Assembly (NCBI GenBank): GCA_964016885.1
Contig: OZ024741.1
Span: 389,980,001-390,044,000 of the forward strand
DNA: 64,000 nt
DNA from: Eledone cirrhosa
Lineage: Eukaryota
Direction of reading: 5' to 3'
Shown here: positions 50,611 through 63,538 of the stretch, in pieces
How positions within the stretch are numbered: the first letter of the stretch is position 1
Layout of the letters: each line of letters starts with the position of its first letter
Translations under genes and position numbers: made by a program
The notes under the pieces: generated by a model
The model's input: only the letters and a program-made list of their open reading frames with translations
What the model was told of the DNA's origin: nothing
Databases searched by the model: none

Positions 50611-52425
50611 CTGTCAGTTTGCATGTGTTCACTAAAAGGTCTAAAGTGTGACTCAAGCCCGGAGGCTCATCAGGCCAATGCTTCTCCCAGTTTCTGTGGA
50701 ATTAAGCAACTGAGAGTACAAGACTTCCCCCTTTGACAAGATGCTAGTCCATTGCAGGGTTAAACTCCTAGCTATTACTGGTACTCGTTTTCAGCTGAGT
50801 ATACTGGAGCAACAGGAAATGAAGTATTTTGCCCAAGAACGCAATACATACCCTGTCCAGGAATCAAACCCATGACATGATGATCATAAATCCAACATCC
50901 TTACCTCTAGGCTATGTGCCTCCACTCTGTGATCACACTGTGCCTATAATTTATATTGGGTTTCACAGTAGAGAGTTCCTAACCATTCATTTTCTGCAAA
51001 TTGAACCTAGCTATTTCCCTTGTGGCAGTAAAGTCCTGTCTTCTTTCTTGCTAATATTTTTGATTTTGTTATGTTTATTTTAAGACCTTTCAAATCTAGG
51101 CTATATTTACATATTTGGAATTTCCTTCAAGAGCTTCATCTATTAGAACTAGGTCACAGCATATAGAATTTCCTACAAGAAGCTGGGTTTTAACACTTCT
51201 ACTATTGCATCTTTAACACTTTTTCTATTGCCTGGAGAACGGAAATAAACAAGAAGCTGAGAACTGAGCCCTGATGAGCACATACCCAAATGCTAAATTC
51301 TTTCACAAGCCACACTTCGTTTTCTTAGCAACCACCAGACAACAGTGTATGGTATCCTGTCAAAGTCCTTCTCCGAGTTGAAAAATGCTATATATAATGG
51401 TTTGCGCTTTATTTAGTACATCTCCTGTGAGATGTTCTTAACATAATCGCAGGTGCCCTAAAATGAATGCATGTATGTATGTTCTAAGCTGCATGTAGAT
51501 AGCTGACATTTTCAGTTAGAAAGTAATATACTATGTGACTTTTTCTGAAACTTGTACTTTTTAACCTCAAACAGAAAAACTAAGAATATTGTATACCTGC
51601 AAGCATTGCAGTAGACACTGGAAAAAATTAATGATTACAAAAATAATTCATTTAAAGTAATTATGTAGATTAATACAATATTTTGAAAAATAAAAAGTAT
51701 TTCCCAAGAATATAAAAACATGTAAAAGGAAAATTTTATTATACATTCTATATTCATTTGTTTATATTTTGGCATATTTTTATGAGGCTCAACTTAAACA
51801 ATCTTCTTGGTTGCTTGGGTACAACAAATCTGAGTAAATCAACATTCCTGGACTGTCAAAAATCTTCTGAATGGTATTTATAAAAAATATGCAAAATATA
51901 GTAAATTCATGTGATTATATTTATTTTAGGTATCAATAAACCCAGCTAAGGCCAGGTACAGCTACTAGTTTTCAATACTATTAGTGAATTTACAATTTAC
52001 TAATATAATAAATACATTGAAAATGACTGATTATTATGACTTCCTGGGGGCTGCGGATTGGTGGTATTGGTAGAGTGTCGGACAACATGTTTTGTGGCAT
52101 ATAGTTATGGCCCTTTACGTTCTGACTTCAAATCCTACCAAAGTTAGCTGTGCCTTTCATCATTGTGGCGTCAATTATTAGATAAAGTACTAGTCATGCA
52201 CTGGGGTCAAATTAATCGACTTTCCTCTCCCCCAAAATTGTTGGCCTGTGCATAAATCAGAAACCCTTACTATGTATGACTTCATAAGTTTGTCACTGGT
52301 TAAGCTATAATATATTAGTAGAACTTATTTCATTTATATCAGGTCACTGATATAACCATTACCCTATTTAACTAATGTAGTATTGTAATATTTAAACCCA
52401 CATGCTACTATGCTTCTATTTGTAG

Positions 52426-52556
52426 ATTAATGGGATGTGTTACCACTTAGATTCTGCACATGGAAGTCTTAATCCACGGCAAGAAGCTGCACCTGTTATT
52501 CCAAAGCCTAACCGGGGCATGCCTTGGCGGACAGCTATGAGAGCATTCAAACAGAA
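52426..52556 (+). CDS. CEP78: CEP78-like exon E
   Basis: TTTGTAG acceptor, GTAAGA donor, 131 nt, phase 0/2. Encodes INGMCYHLDSAHGSLNPRQEAAPVIPKPNRGMPWRTAMRAFKQ with the conserved PWRTAxRA motif. Confidence 0.88.
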
Positions 52557-54292
52557 GTAAGAAACTGTTACTTTTATTTGTTTATCAGCAATACAGCATC
52601 TAACAGTGTATTACTGGAAATTATAGTATAAACCAGATGATCAATTGGAAAAGTTGTTTGAATGTCGAATAGAATGCTTTGTAATATTTGTTTCAACTCT
52701 CGGCTCTCTGAATTCAAACCATGCTGAGGTCAACTTTGTCTTTCATCCATTTGAGGTTGATAAAAAAAGTACCAGTCAAGTGCTGGGGTTCATTCTTCCT
52801 CTATGCCTCTCTCATTTCCATTCACTCACTTTCTGTCCTTCTCTAGAAGAAACCTGCTGTATTCAGACCTGGAGAGGAGATGAACTCTGCTAGGTTTAAA
52901 GAAAAATGCCCTAGAAATGCTGTATGTTAATATGGCATCCCTATAACTCCCACCAGAGTTACGAAACCATACCATGCATATTAACGCCTCCAGTAGGACT
53001 TGAATATAGAACTGAAACATATGAAAGTAAATATTGTATGCTATTTGGGGGCTAATTGCTACTACCTCCTGAGGTGGGGTAATTACTACTGCCTCTTTCT
53101 GGGGGTGAGGTGGGGGCTAATTACTGCCTCTTTCGTGGTGGGGGTGCTAATTATTATTGCCTCTTTTATTGGTTTGGTCTAGAGGAAGGGGCTGTGTGTG
53201 GTTTTTGAGACTGGTGAGATTGACATATTTAATATAACTTTTGAACAGTTGCAAGTTTACATTTACAAGAAAAATATGGATAAGGGGACAAATCCTAAAT
53301 GGCTGACATTCTGGGAAAGAATGGCCAGAGAGATTGGTCTGTGTGAAGCCAGAATGGTGGACACAATGTAGGGAATAAGAAGTCTAAGTCGAAAGTCTGT
53401 TTTGAGCCTGAAGGCTCATCAGGCCAGTGCTTATCCCAGTTTTTGTGGCATTAAGTGACTGAGAGTACAAGACTCCACTCTGGACAGGACACCAGTCTGT
53501 CTCAAGCCCGGAGACTCACCAGGCTGGTGTTTATCCTAGTTTCTGTGGCGTGAAGCGACTGAGAATACAAGACTATGTCCTGGACGGGATGGCAGTCCAT
53601 CACAAGGTTAAATATCCAGCTATTGCTGGTGCTCATTTTCAGCTGAGTATATGGAGCAACATGAAATGAAGTGTTTTGCTGAAGAACACAACACCTAACC
53701 CAGTTGAGGAATCAAACCCACAACATTATGATCATAAGTCCAACACCCTTACCACTTAGGCCACAGGCCTATAAGAGGAGAGACAAATTAATTGGGAGTG
53801 CTAAGTGGAGGTGACACAAAATTAGTTAGCTCTGTGTGGAGCATGTGCCACTGTAGTTATTATATAGAGAGTGTCACCTTCAATGTAAGTACTCAATACA
53901 AGTGTATGTCTACATTATTCAAAATCAGTTGGAGAGAAAAATAGAATAATTTGGTAAACATTGTGTATACATAGGTAATCTCTGACTTCTACAAAACACT
54001 GAGAAGATAAAGTTAATATAAAGAATGATGTGCTCATGCGTGGAGGTGCTATAAAATAGGGTGAAGACCCTTTAAAGACAGAAAAGGAAGTTGCCATTGG
54101 CCGCTATGAGAAATCGACAGTCCCTTGGCTTAATGGTTTAAAGCAACTAGCTGGTATCTGGGACATATGGGGTTTGATTCCTCAAAGCGGCCGATGGCAT
54201 TCCCACACATGACACATTTTTCTTTTTATTAATTTAGTAAATGGTTTTATAGAAATATGAAAATTACTGAAATTGTTCTCATCTTTGTTAAG

Positions 54293-54509
54293 GGGTTGCT
54301 TCTCCAACCATGAGGAACTGTATGATTCTGAGGGAAATATGGAAATAATAGCTGATTCAGTACCAAAGAGTGAAATGGCCAGGACAAAATTTGCTTCTGA
54401 TATAACAGACAAAGAAAACCACCCAACAAAACATACTCATCTTACAGCCAGGAACTGCCAAGAAAACAATCATTCTTCATGTATTGAAAATGAATACAAA
54501 AGACTTCAG
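54293..54509 (+). CDS. CEP78: Probable CEP78-like exon F (acidic linker before coiled coil)
   Basis: AAG acceptor after pyrimidine tract, CAG|GTAATA donor, 217 nt, phase 2/0 compatible with exon E. Open frame GCFSNHEELYDSEG...IENEYKRLQ. Low conservation; called on phase and position. Confidence 0.7.
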
Positions 54510-56499
54510 GTAATAATTTTGTGAGAAATATTCCATAAAATGTTTGTTGTCAAGTGTAATTCTTCTATCTCTTCTATTTTATTCTAGTCCTGGGTATTGG
54601 TTACTCCTTCACATAATATTTCTAAATATTGTCAACTCATGAGGTGGAAGGCTTTGTTGATATCAAGAGCAACAATTGTACTTTCATGAAATGTTTGAAG
54701 GACAAGACACCACTGGGATGGGGTGTAGGAAAGCAAACATGTAGGGTGTCTAGGTCTTTAGAATTTGCTTAGGAGAAAAAGCTATTTAAAATGTTAAAGG
54801 GGGATGAGCCTTTAGGATCATCTTTATTATTTCATAAATGATGGAAGCAAGAGAGCTTAATCAGTGATTACCTAAGAGATGTCACTTTTTTTAGGGATGC
54901 AATGCACAGTTGCATGTTTCCCTTTCTCAGGCAACTTGTGAGTATAGTGTTTCTATCAGGTTCTATTGCATTGTGAAAAAGGAGGTGACTATATCTGTAT
55001 ATTCATTCCTGAGATATTTTAAGTACATATCTGTAATATCAGAGTTATGATCTCTCAATTCAGAGAAATAGCAGCTTTAGTTGAAGAAAGTCCTGATCTC
55101 CAAGTCATGCACTATATCGAGTAGTGTTTACTCCAAAGACCTTTTGGAGGAACCTCATTTCTGCCACATGTATTTGCGATCATATTCATTCAATCATTCC
55201 CCAAGATTCAAAATCCATTGAAACATGCAGCGTTGTCATGAAAGAGTAAATCTATCATAACTTTTTTATGTCTTTATGAAAGCATTGAAAAGGTCTCTTT
55301 AATTAGTTTTCTTTTTGCTCTGTGTAATAATGTTAAGGTGGTTTGTTTTAATTTCTTTATCATGTATTAATATATTGTAACTATTTCATTGTCATAGACT
55401 AGATTCATTGTTGTTATTGAACAATTTACTTTCTGTATGAATCAAATTAATATTTAAACTTCTTTTATCTTTCCTTGCCTGACAGATTGAACTAGAGCAT
55501 GTGAAAAGGGAATTAACAGAAGAACGTATGGCCCGCCAAGAATCAGATAAAAATGTCTATAAGGTACTAGTTTTAATTCAGATATCACAACAGTTCTCTC
55601 TGTATAATTCAGTTTGTAGTGACTATACAATACCTTGAACGAGGTCCTCATGACATTTTAGTGGCCTGACTATAAATAGTTGTTAATGATAATAAAAATT
55701 AAAAATCTTATTAAAATATGGCTAACTATCAAGTAGAGCATAAGGTATGTAACGCACTAGCAAGGCTGTGTAGTTTAGAGGAAACTGCATGGTTCTGGGT
55801 TCAATCTCACAGCTCAGCATCTTGGATGAGTGTCTTCTACTAGATTTACCAATGTCTTGTTTGTGAAATTTAATCCACAACCACTCTATATATACATACA
55901 CATACATATATGGTATATGTACATGTCATAGGGATGTAATTAGTGAGATTGTCTGCTTAAGTCAACTTAGGACTCAGTGGTATCATAACTGAGGTCTCTG
56001 TGACTTGAACCAACTTAGGACTCAGTGGTGTTATAAGTGAGGTCTGTGACTGATTGTTGTTGTAGCTGTGACCATCTCATCTTCTATTCTATTTCTTGCA
56101 TTTCAAAATTTCAAGTACTTTGTAAAAGACATAATATACACACATGCTGAGTATCCCTTATTCTCCTTCGATTGTTATTTTTACTATGTATATATATATA
56201 TATATATATCTGGGAGTAAAGTAAATGTAGCAGAATCCATGGGAAAATTCATTTAAATAGAAAGGCTCCTCTGCAGTGAAAATATTGGGAACCACTGCCA
56301 TTATACTTTACTTTATTTTATCAATCCCTGGAAAGATGGAAAGCAAAGATGACTACAACAGAACTGGAACTCAGACTATAAAGGGCTATAACTAAATACT
56401 GCATATAATATTGTCTTCCAATGTAGCAATTCTACAAAATTCACTGACTTCTTGTCTGGTAAAATATTAACCCTTTAGCATTCACATTATTTTATATAT

Positions 56500-59400
56500 A
56501 CTCTACATCATGCTGGTTCGCGGCCACCCCCTCTCTCTCTATCTATATATATAAGATAAGCCCTACAAGTAATCACATTCACCAAATTCATGGCTGCTTT
56601 CACGGTATAATGTAATGTAACGTACAAATTTTCTCCATTTCTCCACTCCATTTCAATTCCTAGTCCACCCATCCGACAATTCTCTATCATTTTCCTTTCC
56701 CCGAATCCAATCTTTGCCTCTCTACTCGTTACTCTGTCGTATTTTCCAAAACAAATCTTGTATTTTTGTTAATGCTTGTTAAATTATGCCCAAAATACGA
56801 GGATCTTCTTTAAACCTTACCTTCTCGCTAACAACTCATCATCCCTCCCGCCCACCCCCACGCACCACCATTATTATTACGTGGACCAATCATAAGTCAG
56901 AGGCCTATACTATCGCTTACCTGGTTGCCTTTCGATATGATGGATGGACTACGGAATTCTGGAGAGTTGAGGAGAGAAAATTCTGGACGCTCAGCGACAA
57001 TGCCAAAGATAAAGACAAATTCACCTCTTGGACGAGAATGCGAGCACTCCTCCTCTTTGTTTCGGCCGCGGATGGCTAACATAACCCCATCTCCCCCCGC
57101 GCCCCACCGCTCCCACCCTCCAAACGCAATCCAAAACTTCAGAGTTGGTACCATGAATGTAGGCACCTTAAAGGGTTGCTCTAACGAGGTTGTAGAAGTG
57201 CTTGAACGTAAGGAGGTCGATGTTTGTTGTATTCAAGAGACCAGGTGGAGGGGTGGGTCTGCTAGATTCATTGTGGGTAAAAAACGATGCTATAAGCTTT
57301 TCTGGGTGGGAAATGACAATGGGCTGGGTGGAGTAGGAATCATGGTAGCAGAAAAGTGGGCAGATAAGATAATAGACGTAAATAGAGTGAACGACAGAAT
57401 AATTAAAATAAAACTTGTCCTCAATAGAACTACGGTGACAGTAATATCTGCGTACGCACCCCAATCCAGACTGCCCGGCACTATAAAAGACAGATTCTAT
57501 GAGACACTGATGCTCACTACCTCCCAAATAACCGACAGTGACTATATAATTATTGCAGGCGAACTAAATGGTCACGTTGGACAACATTGTGACGGCTACG
57601 ACGGAATCCATGGAGGCTATGGGTTTGGTACTAGAAATGAGGAAGGCTCCAGAATCCTGGAATTCTGTGACGCAAATAACCTAACTATCTGTAACACTAA
57701 CTTCAAAAAACGAGACAATCACCTGATCACCTATAGATCGGGGGAACACACAAGCCAGGTAGATTATATCCTCACCAGAAGACGTGACAGAGTGTCTGTT
57801 GTAAACACTAAATCCCTCCCCCATGAAGAATGCACCTCCCAACATAGACTGATAATTAGCGACCTCATAGTCAGGACGAGACGTACTCGACAGCAGAAGA
57901 GGACTATCCTCAGGAGAAAAATATGGAAGCTAAAGGATCCCACAGCCAGAAATAAATTTAAAAGCATACTACTTGATGCTTTCGACAGTAAGGAAGAGCA
58001 ATTAGAGTCGTACAATATAGAGGAACAGTGGGAATTCCTGAAAGCAAACCTGCTGATGGCGGCAGACGAAGTCTGTGGCTGGAGCAGGCCTGTAGGCAGG
58101 AGGAGAGTAACATGGTGGTGGAACAGTAAGGTGGAGGAGTCAATTAAGGCCAAAAAGCAGGCTTGGAAAGTATGGCGGGATGGGGGAAGTAGAGAAGACT
58201 ATAAAGTGGCCAGGAGGGAAGCTAGGAGACAAGTGTACTTCGCAAGAAGGGAAGCAGAGGAAAGAAAGTTCAAGTATGTTCTACAACACGAGGACCAAAA
58301 ACGTGAGGTGTTCAGGATTGCTAGGCAATGTGTCAAGGAAAACCGTGATATTGTCGGGGAGAAGTGTGTACTTAATGATGATGGCGTACTTGCCATCACC
58401 GACGCTGATAAGAAGGTAGCTTGGAAGTGTCACTACGAAAGGCTACTAAATGAGGAGCATAAATGGGAGAAAGACAGTCTCCCCCACATCGACCCAATAG
58501 AGGGACCAGCAGTGTTAGTCGAAGGTAGTATAATAAGTAAGGCAATCAAAGATATGAAGACGGGTTAGGCGGCTGGGCTTTCGGAAATAGTTGCTGAGAT
58601 GCTGAAGGCATCTGGAATGGTGGGACACACCATGGTCACCCGGATAGTAAACCAAGTCGTACAGAATGGGGTTGTTCCGAAGGACTGGCGTAGCAGCATC
58701 ATCATTAACTGTTATAAGGGTAAAGGAGATGCCCTAGATAGGAGTAACTATAGAGGCATTAAATTAATCGACCAGGTCATGAAGGTCACGGAAAAAGTAA
58801 TAGCGCAACTAATCAGAGAGAGAATTGATCTAGATGAAATGCAATTTGGGTTTGTGTCAGGCAAAAGTACCACAGACGCTCTTTTCATTGTACGACAACT
58901 ACAGGAGAAGTACCTAGCTAAAAGTAAACCCCTATACTTAGCTTTTGTCGACTTGGAGAAAGCCTTCGACAGAGTCCCCCGTTCCATTATCTGATGGGCT
59001 CTTAGAAAACTAGGTGTTGACGAATGGCTTGTGAGAGCTATACAAGCCATGTATAAAGAAACAGTCAGCAAGGTTAGAATTAACAACGAATATAGTGAAG
59101 AGTTTAGCATAAAAGTTGGTGTCCATCAGGGCTCTGTTCTTAGCCCCCTACTATTTATTATTGCCCTTCAGGCTATAACAGAGGAGTTCAAGACCGGCTG
59201 CCCATGGGAACTCCTATACGCAGATGATCTAACGCTCATAGCTGAATTAATGGCCGAGCTAGAGAAGAAATTCCAAACATGGAAGCACGGCCTAGAATCA
59301 AAGGGCCTTAAGATTAACCTGGCTTAGACTAAAGTTCTAGTTTGTAGGAAAGAAAATAAGGCGGCGGTCCCTTCCGAGAAGTGGCCATGCTCAGTGTGTA

Positions 59401-60562
59401 GGAAAGGCGTAGGTAGAAACTCCATTTTATGTCCCAAATGCAAAGTATGGGTGCATAAAAGATGTAGTGGGATCACAGGTAAGCTAACTAAGAACATAGA
59501 TTTTACATGTGGCCGGTGCTCTGGTGCAATAAGTAGCAGCAAGTGCCCACAGAATACTAGCTCTTTCAATTGCGCAGAGGGTTCTATAGAAATAGTGGAC
59601 AGCTTCCGTTACCTGGGTGACAAAATCAGCAGTGGGGGAAGGTGCTCTGAAAGTACAGTAGCTAGAGTCAGAACTGGATGGAAAAAGTTCAGAGAGCTTA
59701 TACCACTATTAGCCGCTAAAGGATTCTTCCTAAAAATGAAAGGCAGGTTGTATGATGCCTGCATACGAACAGCAATGTTGCATGGCAGTGAGACCTGGGC
59801 ATTGTGTGCAGAGAATATACGCAGACTAGATAGGAACGAAGCTTGCATGCTCCGCTGGATGTGTAATAGTAATATACGTGAACGGCAAAGCATAAACGAA
59901 CTAAGGAAAAAATTAGAAATAAGAGGGATCAGATGTTTACTCGAGAGAAGGCTACGTTGGTATGGTCACGTGATGCGCATGAAAGACGACAGCTGTATAA
60001 CAAAGTGCAGGGCAATAAAGATAGACGGTAGCCACGGAGTAGGCAGACCCAGAAAAACCTGGGACGAGCTGATAAATTCCGACCTAACACACTTACACCT
60101 CTCCAAGACAATGTCACTGGACCGAGACCTTTGGCGGTACTCAGTAATAGAGAAGACCCGCCTTACCTAAATACAAAGTAAAACCTACTACAGTCAGTAG
60201 GCATCTCTAACAAAATACTCCCCCGTCCCATCACCCCCACCCCATCCACACCGCCCCTTTCAATGTAAAGTTATGTTGGTGCCACAACATCCAGGCCGAA
60301 ACAAATGAGATCGTGTATGTGTCACGACAAAAAAACACACAGTCCACGCTGTAATGTGGCTGTGTAGGCAACACGGTAAAAACCTCCCAGCCCCACACTG
60401 TAAATGTGGTTGGTGTTAGGAAGGGCATCCAGCTGTAGAAAACCCGCCAGACAGTCCTATGCGAGCAAGACAACCACTCTTGCCTCAAGTGGGAAAACTC
60501 CCGTCCAAACCCATGCAAGCGTGGAACATGGACGTTAAACGATGATGATGATGATGATGATA
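56500..60562 (+). mobile_element. Near full-length RTE LINE with 3' UTR and (GAT)n tail
   Basis: ORF above followed by ~370 nt UTR ending GGACGTTAAAC(GAT)n; 5' boundary approximate. Confidence 0.88.
56925..60170 (+). pseudogene. RTE-clade LINE ORF (APE endonuclease + RT + PHD-type finger), one frame with 3 premature stops
   Basis: ORFs starting 56925, 58599, 59031, 59394 share one frame; stops at 58566, 58992, 59325. APE motifs GTMNV, CIQETRW, SAYAP, NGHVG, QVDYIL, SQHRL; RT motifs NYRGIKL, QFGF, FVDLEKAFD, GVHQGSVLSPLLF, LLYADD, FRYLG; C-terminal RRLRWYGHV/GRPRKTW. Confidence 0.93.
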
Positions 60563-62116
60563 TATTATATTTTCATGGTTAAAGGCTTTACCTCACATAA
60601 TTATCTCACACAATAGAATCTATGAGATTTTGAAAGTATTTATTTTGAAAACAATACCTTAACATCAGTTTGAATGACCAGTTACAGCCAGTTTCAACAG
60701 AAAGAGGTAGAGAATTCTGGCCGGTTTGAACACTAAAGGGTTAACATGACTAGATAGTAAAATAACCTTATCTGAAAGGAGAAAATTTCCAGCACACTCT
60801 AAAATTTAACATGATTTCTACCTGTACAGAGCTTACAGATAACAAGACAAACACTTTAGCATGTGACTGATTTCATTCCTCATAGCATTAATACAATAAC
60901 TGCAGCTGTTTTGTTTTTTTGTTGTTTTTTTTTAATCCAGATTGAGCACATGTACAATGAAAAATATTTTTGCCATGACCAACTTGTCTTTTTCTCACAG
61001 ACATATTGTATTTAGAGCTAGATTTCCTAAAGTATTTGTTCTTTATTCAGATTGTAGAGTGTGATATGAGGAAGATTTGATTGCTATTTCTAGAAGGTCA
61101 AGTAACCATCAGAGGTTCCCAGTTGTATGTATTGTAGAGTAATTAAGTTTGTATTTCATCACTGTTGCCATGTTGTCTCTGATAAAAAGAGATTAAACTC
61201 TCATTACTTCATTTCATTTAGGTTATAAATGAAATGTAAAGTTAGTCATAGCTGTGTCTGCTATTGTGCCAACTTTGTTTGGCTGACATTTATTTCATGT
61301 CCTTACAAGTGGTATGTTGATATCACATCGGCCATGCTAATTCCATAAGTGCCATGGTGGCATCACATGCATTATGCAGATATCACAAGATATCCATACA
61401 GGGGTCAAATCCTACCACAGACTACTGGAGAAGTTATTAGGAAACCATTATTGTGTATCCTTCCTGAATCAATATATGAAGTCATATTAACAATGGTGCA
61501 TCAGTTAAAATTAAAATAAATATATCATCATCATCATCATCATAACCACAGTCGAACACAGTCTCTCCACAATTCATTCAAAATTTCTCGTTGCTCCTAG
61601 CAACTGCTCCCTTCTGAGGTTTGTATCATATGAGAGTTGATTGATGAATGTTCGTGTAGGTCTTCCTCTACTGTGTCTCCCACAACAGCAGCTTCTCCAA
61701 CAATGACCTGCAATGTGTAACTGTCTTTGAGCAATTGTCCAAGATAACTAAATTAGTCAAGTAAATATTAATTATTAAGATGCTGCAGGATGATGGATTG
61801 GCAGAATCAATAGGGTGACAGACAAAATGCATTGCAGTATTTAGTTGTGTACATTTACACTCCAAGTTCAAATCCTACTGAGGGTGACTTTGCCTGTCGT
61901 TTTTTCAGCTTCTATATGAAGTCTGCCACCCATCTGTCACATACATGACTTTATGCCTCTCTCAGATATCATTATTAAGATACTATAAATGTACAGTTTT
62001 AAAACAAAGAAGGACTGTTAACATTGGGGTTATGTCTCTGACCTAAGGACAACTTCCTCCACCCAGTTTCAGGGGACCTGAAGAGTCATGGATACTAACC
62101 TTACTTTTCTAACTAC

Positions 62117-63211
62117 ATGGGTGCATAAAAGATGTAGTGGGATCACAGGTAAGCTAACTAAGAACTTAGATTTTACATGTGGGCGGTGCTCTGGTGCAAT
62201 AAGTAGCAGCGAGTGCCCACAAAATACTAACTCTTTCAACTGCGCAGAGGGCTCTATAGAAATAGTGGACAGCTTCCGTTACCTGGGTGACAAAATCAGC
62301 AGTGGGGGTGGGTGCTACGAAAGTACAGTAGCTAGAGTCAGAACTGGATGGAAAAAGTTCAGAGAGCTTATACCACTATTAGCCGCTAAAGGGTTCTCCC
62401 TAAAAATGAAAGGCAGGTTGTATGATGCCTGCATACGAACAGCAATGTTGCATGGCAGTGAGACCTGGGCATTGTATGCAGAGGATATACGCAGACTAGA
62501 GAGGAACGAAGCTTGCATGCTCCGATGGATGTGTAATAGTAATATACGTGAACGGCAAAGCATAAACGAACTAAGGAAAAAATTAGAAATAAGAGGGATC
62601 GGATGTTGTTTACTCGAGAGAAGGCTACGTTGGTACGGACACGTGATGCGCATGAAAGTCGATAGCTGTATAACAAAGTGCAGGGCAATAAAGATAGACG
62701 GTAGCCACGGAATAGGCAGACCTAGAAAATCCTGGGACGAGCTGATAAACTCCGACCTCACACACTTACACCTCTCCAAGACAATGTCACTGGACCGAGA
62801 CCTTTGGCGGTACTCAGTAATAGAGAAGACCCGCCTTACCTAAATACATAGTAAAACCTACTACAGCCAGTAGGCATCTCTAACAACCCCGTCCCACCAC
62901 CCCCATCCACACCACCCCTCCTATGTAAAGTTATGTTGGTGCCACAACATCCAGGCCGAAACAAATGAGATCGTGTAGGTGTCACGACAAAAAAACACAC
63001 AGTCCACGCTGTAATGTGGCCGTGTAGGCAACACGGTAAAAACCTCCCAGTCCCACACTGTAAATGTGGTTGGTGTTAGGAAGGGCATCCAACTGTAGAA
63101 AACCTGCCAGACAGTCCTATGCGAGCAAGACAATCACTCTTGCCTCAAGTGGGAATACCCCCGTCCAAACCCATGCAAGCGTGGAACACGGACGTTAAAC
63201 GTTGATGATGA
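62117..63211 (+). mobile_element. 5'-truncated copy of the same RTE LINE
   Basis: Nearly identical to ~59447-60550; open frame WVHKRC...IEKTRLT, same UTR and GAT tail. Confidence 0.92.
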
Positions 63212-63329
63212 ATATTATAAAAAATTTCACATAACCACAAACTAATATAACTAAATATTTTTACAGACTAATGCCAGCTTGGTCATAGAAGAGTAACCAT
63301 TATTAGCAAAGCTGAGTGTGGTCAATTAA

Positions 63330-63538
63330 CAGTAATTGGTAGAACGTAAGATACCATGCTTCACAGCATATAGTTAAGGCCCTTTACATTCTGATTTCAA
63401 ATCCTGCCAAGGTTAGCTTTGCTTTTCGTCCTTATGGGGCCAATAAAATAAAGCGCCAGTAACGCACTGGAATCAATTTAATCAACTTTCACCTCCCCCA
63501 AAATTGTTGGCCTTGTGGCTAAGTCAGAAACCATTATT
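63330..63538 (+). mobile_element. Long variant of the SINE (similar copy ~52050-52270)
   Basis: Same core; AACCATTATTAGCAAAGCTG repeated at ~63295 and ~63529. Confidence 0.82.

Larger units (their letters stand above)
56467..60744. mobile_element. piggyBac-type MITE split by the RTE LINE
   Basis: Left TTAA-CCCTTTAGCATTCA (56467), right TGAACACTAAAGGG-TTAA (60744): inverted termini beginning CCC with TTAA flanks. Confidence 0.7.

Noticed and set aside
51268-51300. CTGATGAGCA...TGCTAAA hammerhead-like motif
   Set aside because: GAAA core is broken, no clear stems I/III, and no recognisable PLE context.
56500-56925. HDV-like ribozyme in the RTE 5' UTR
   Set aside because: Known for some RTEs, but I could not fold a double pseudoknot by eye; needs a descriptor search.
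58566-59327. Programmed readthrough or editing rescue of the LINE stops
   Set aside because: A-to-I editing could restore the TGA to Trp but would turn TAG into Trp, not the Lys seen in a paralogue; ordinary point mutations are the simpler explanation.
57168-59893. Antisense ORFs over the LINE
   Set aside because: Shadow frames of the sense ORF.
60941-61015. Possible next CEP78 exon after TTTAATCCAG
   Set aside because: Phase-0 frame reaches a stop without a good donor and shows no resemblance to the CEP78 coiled coil.
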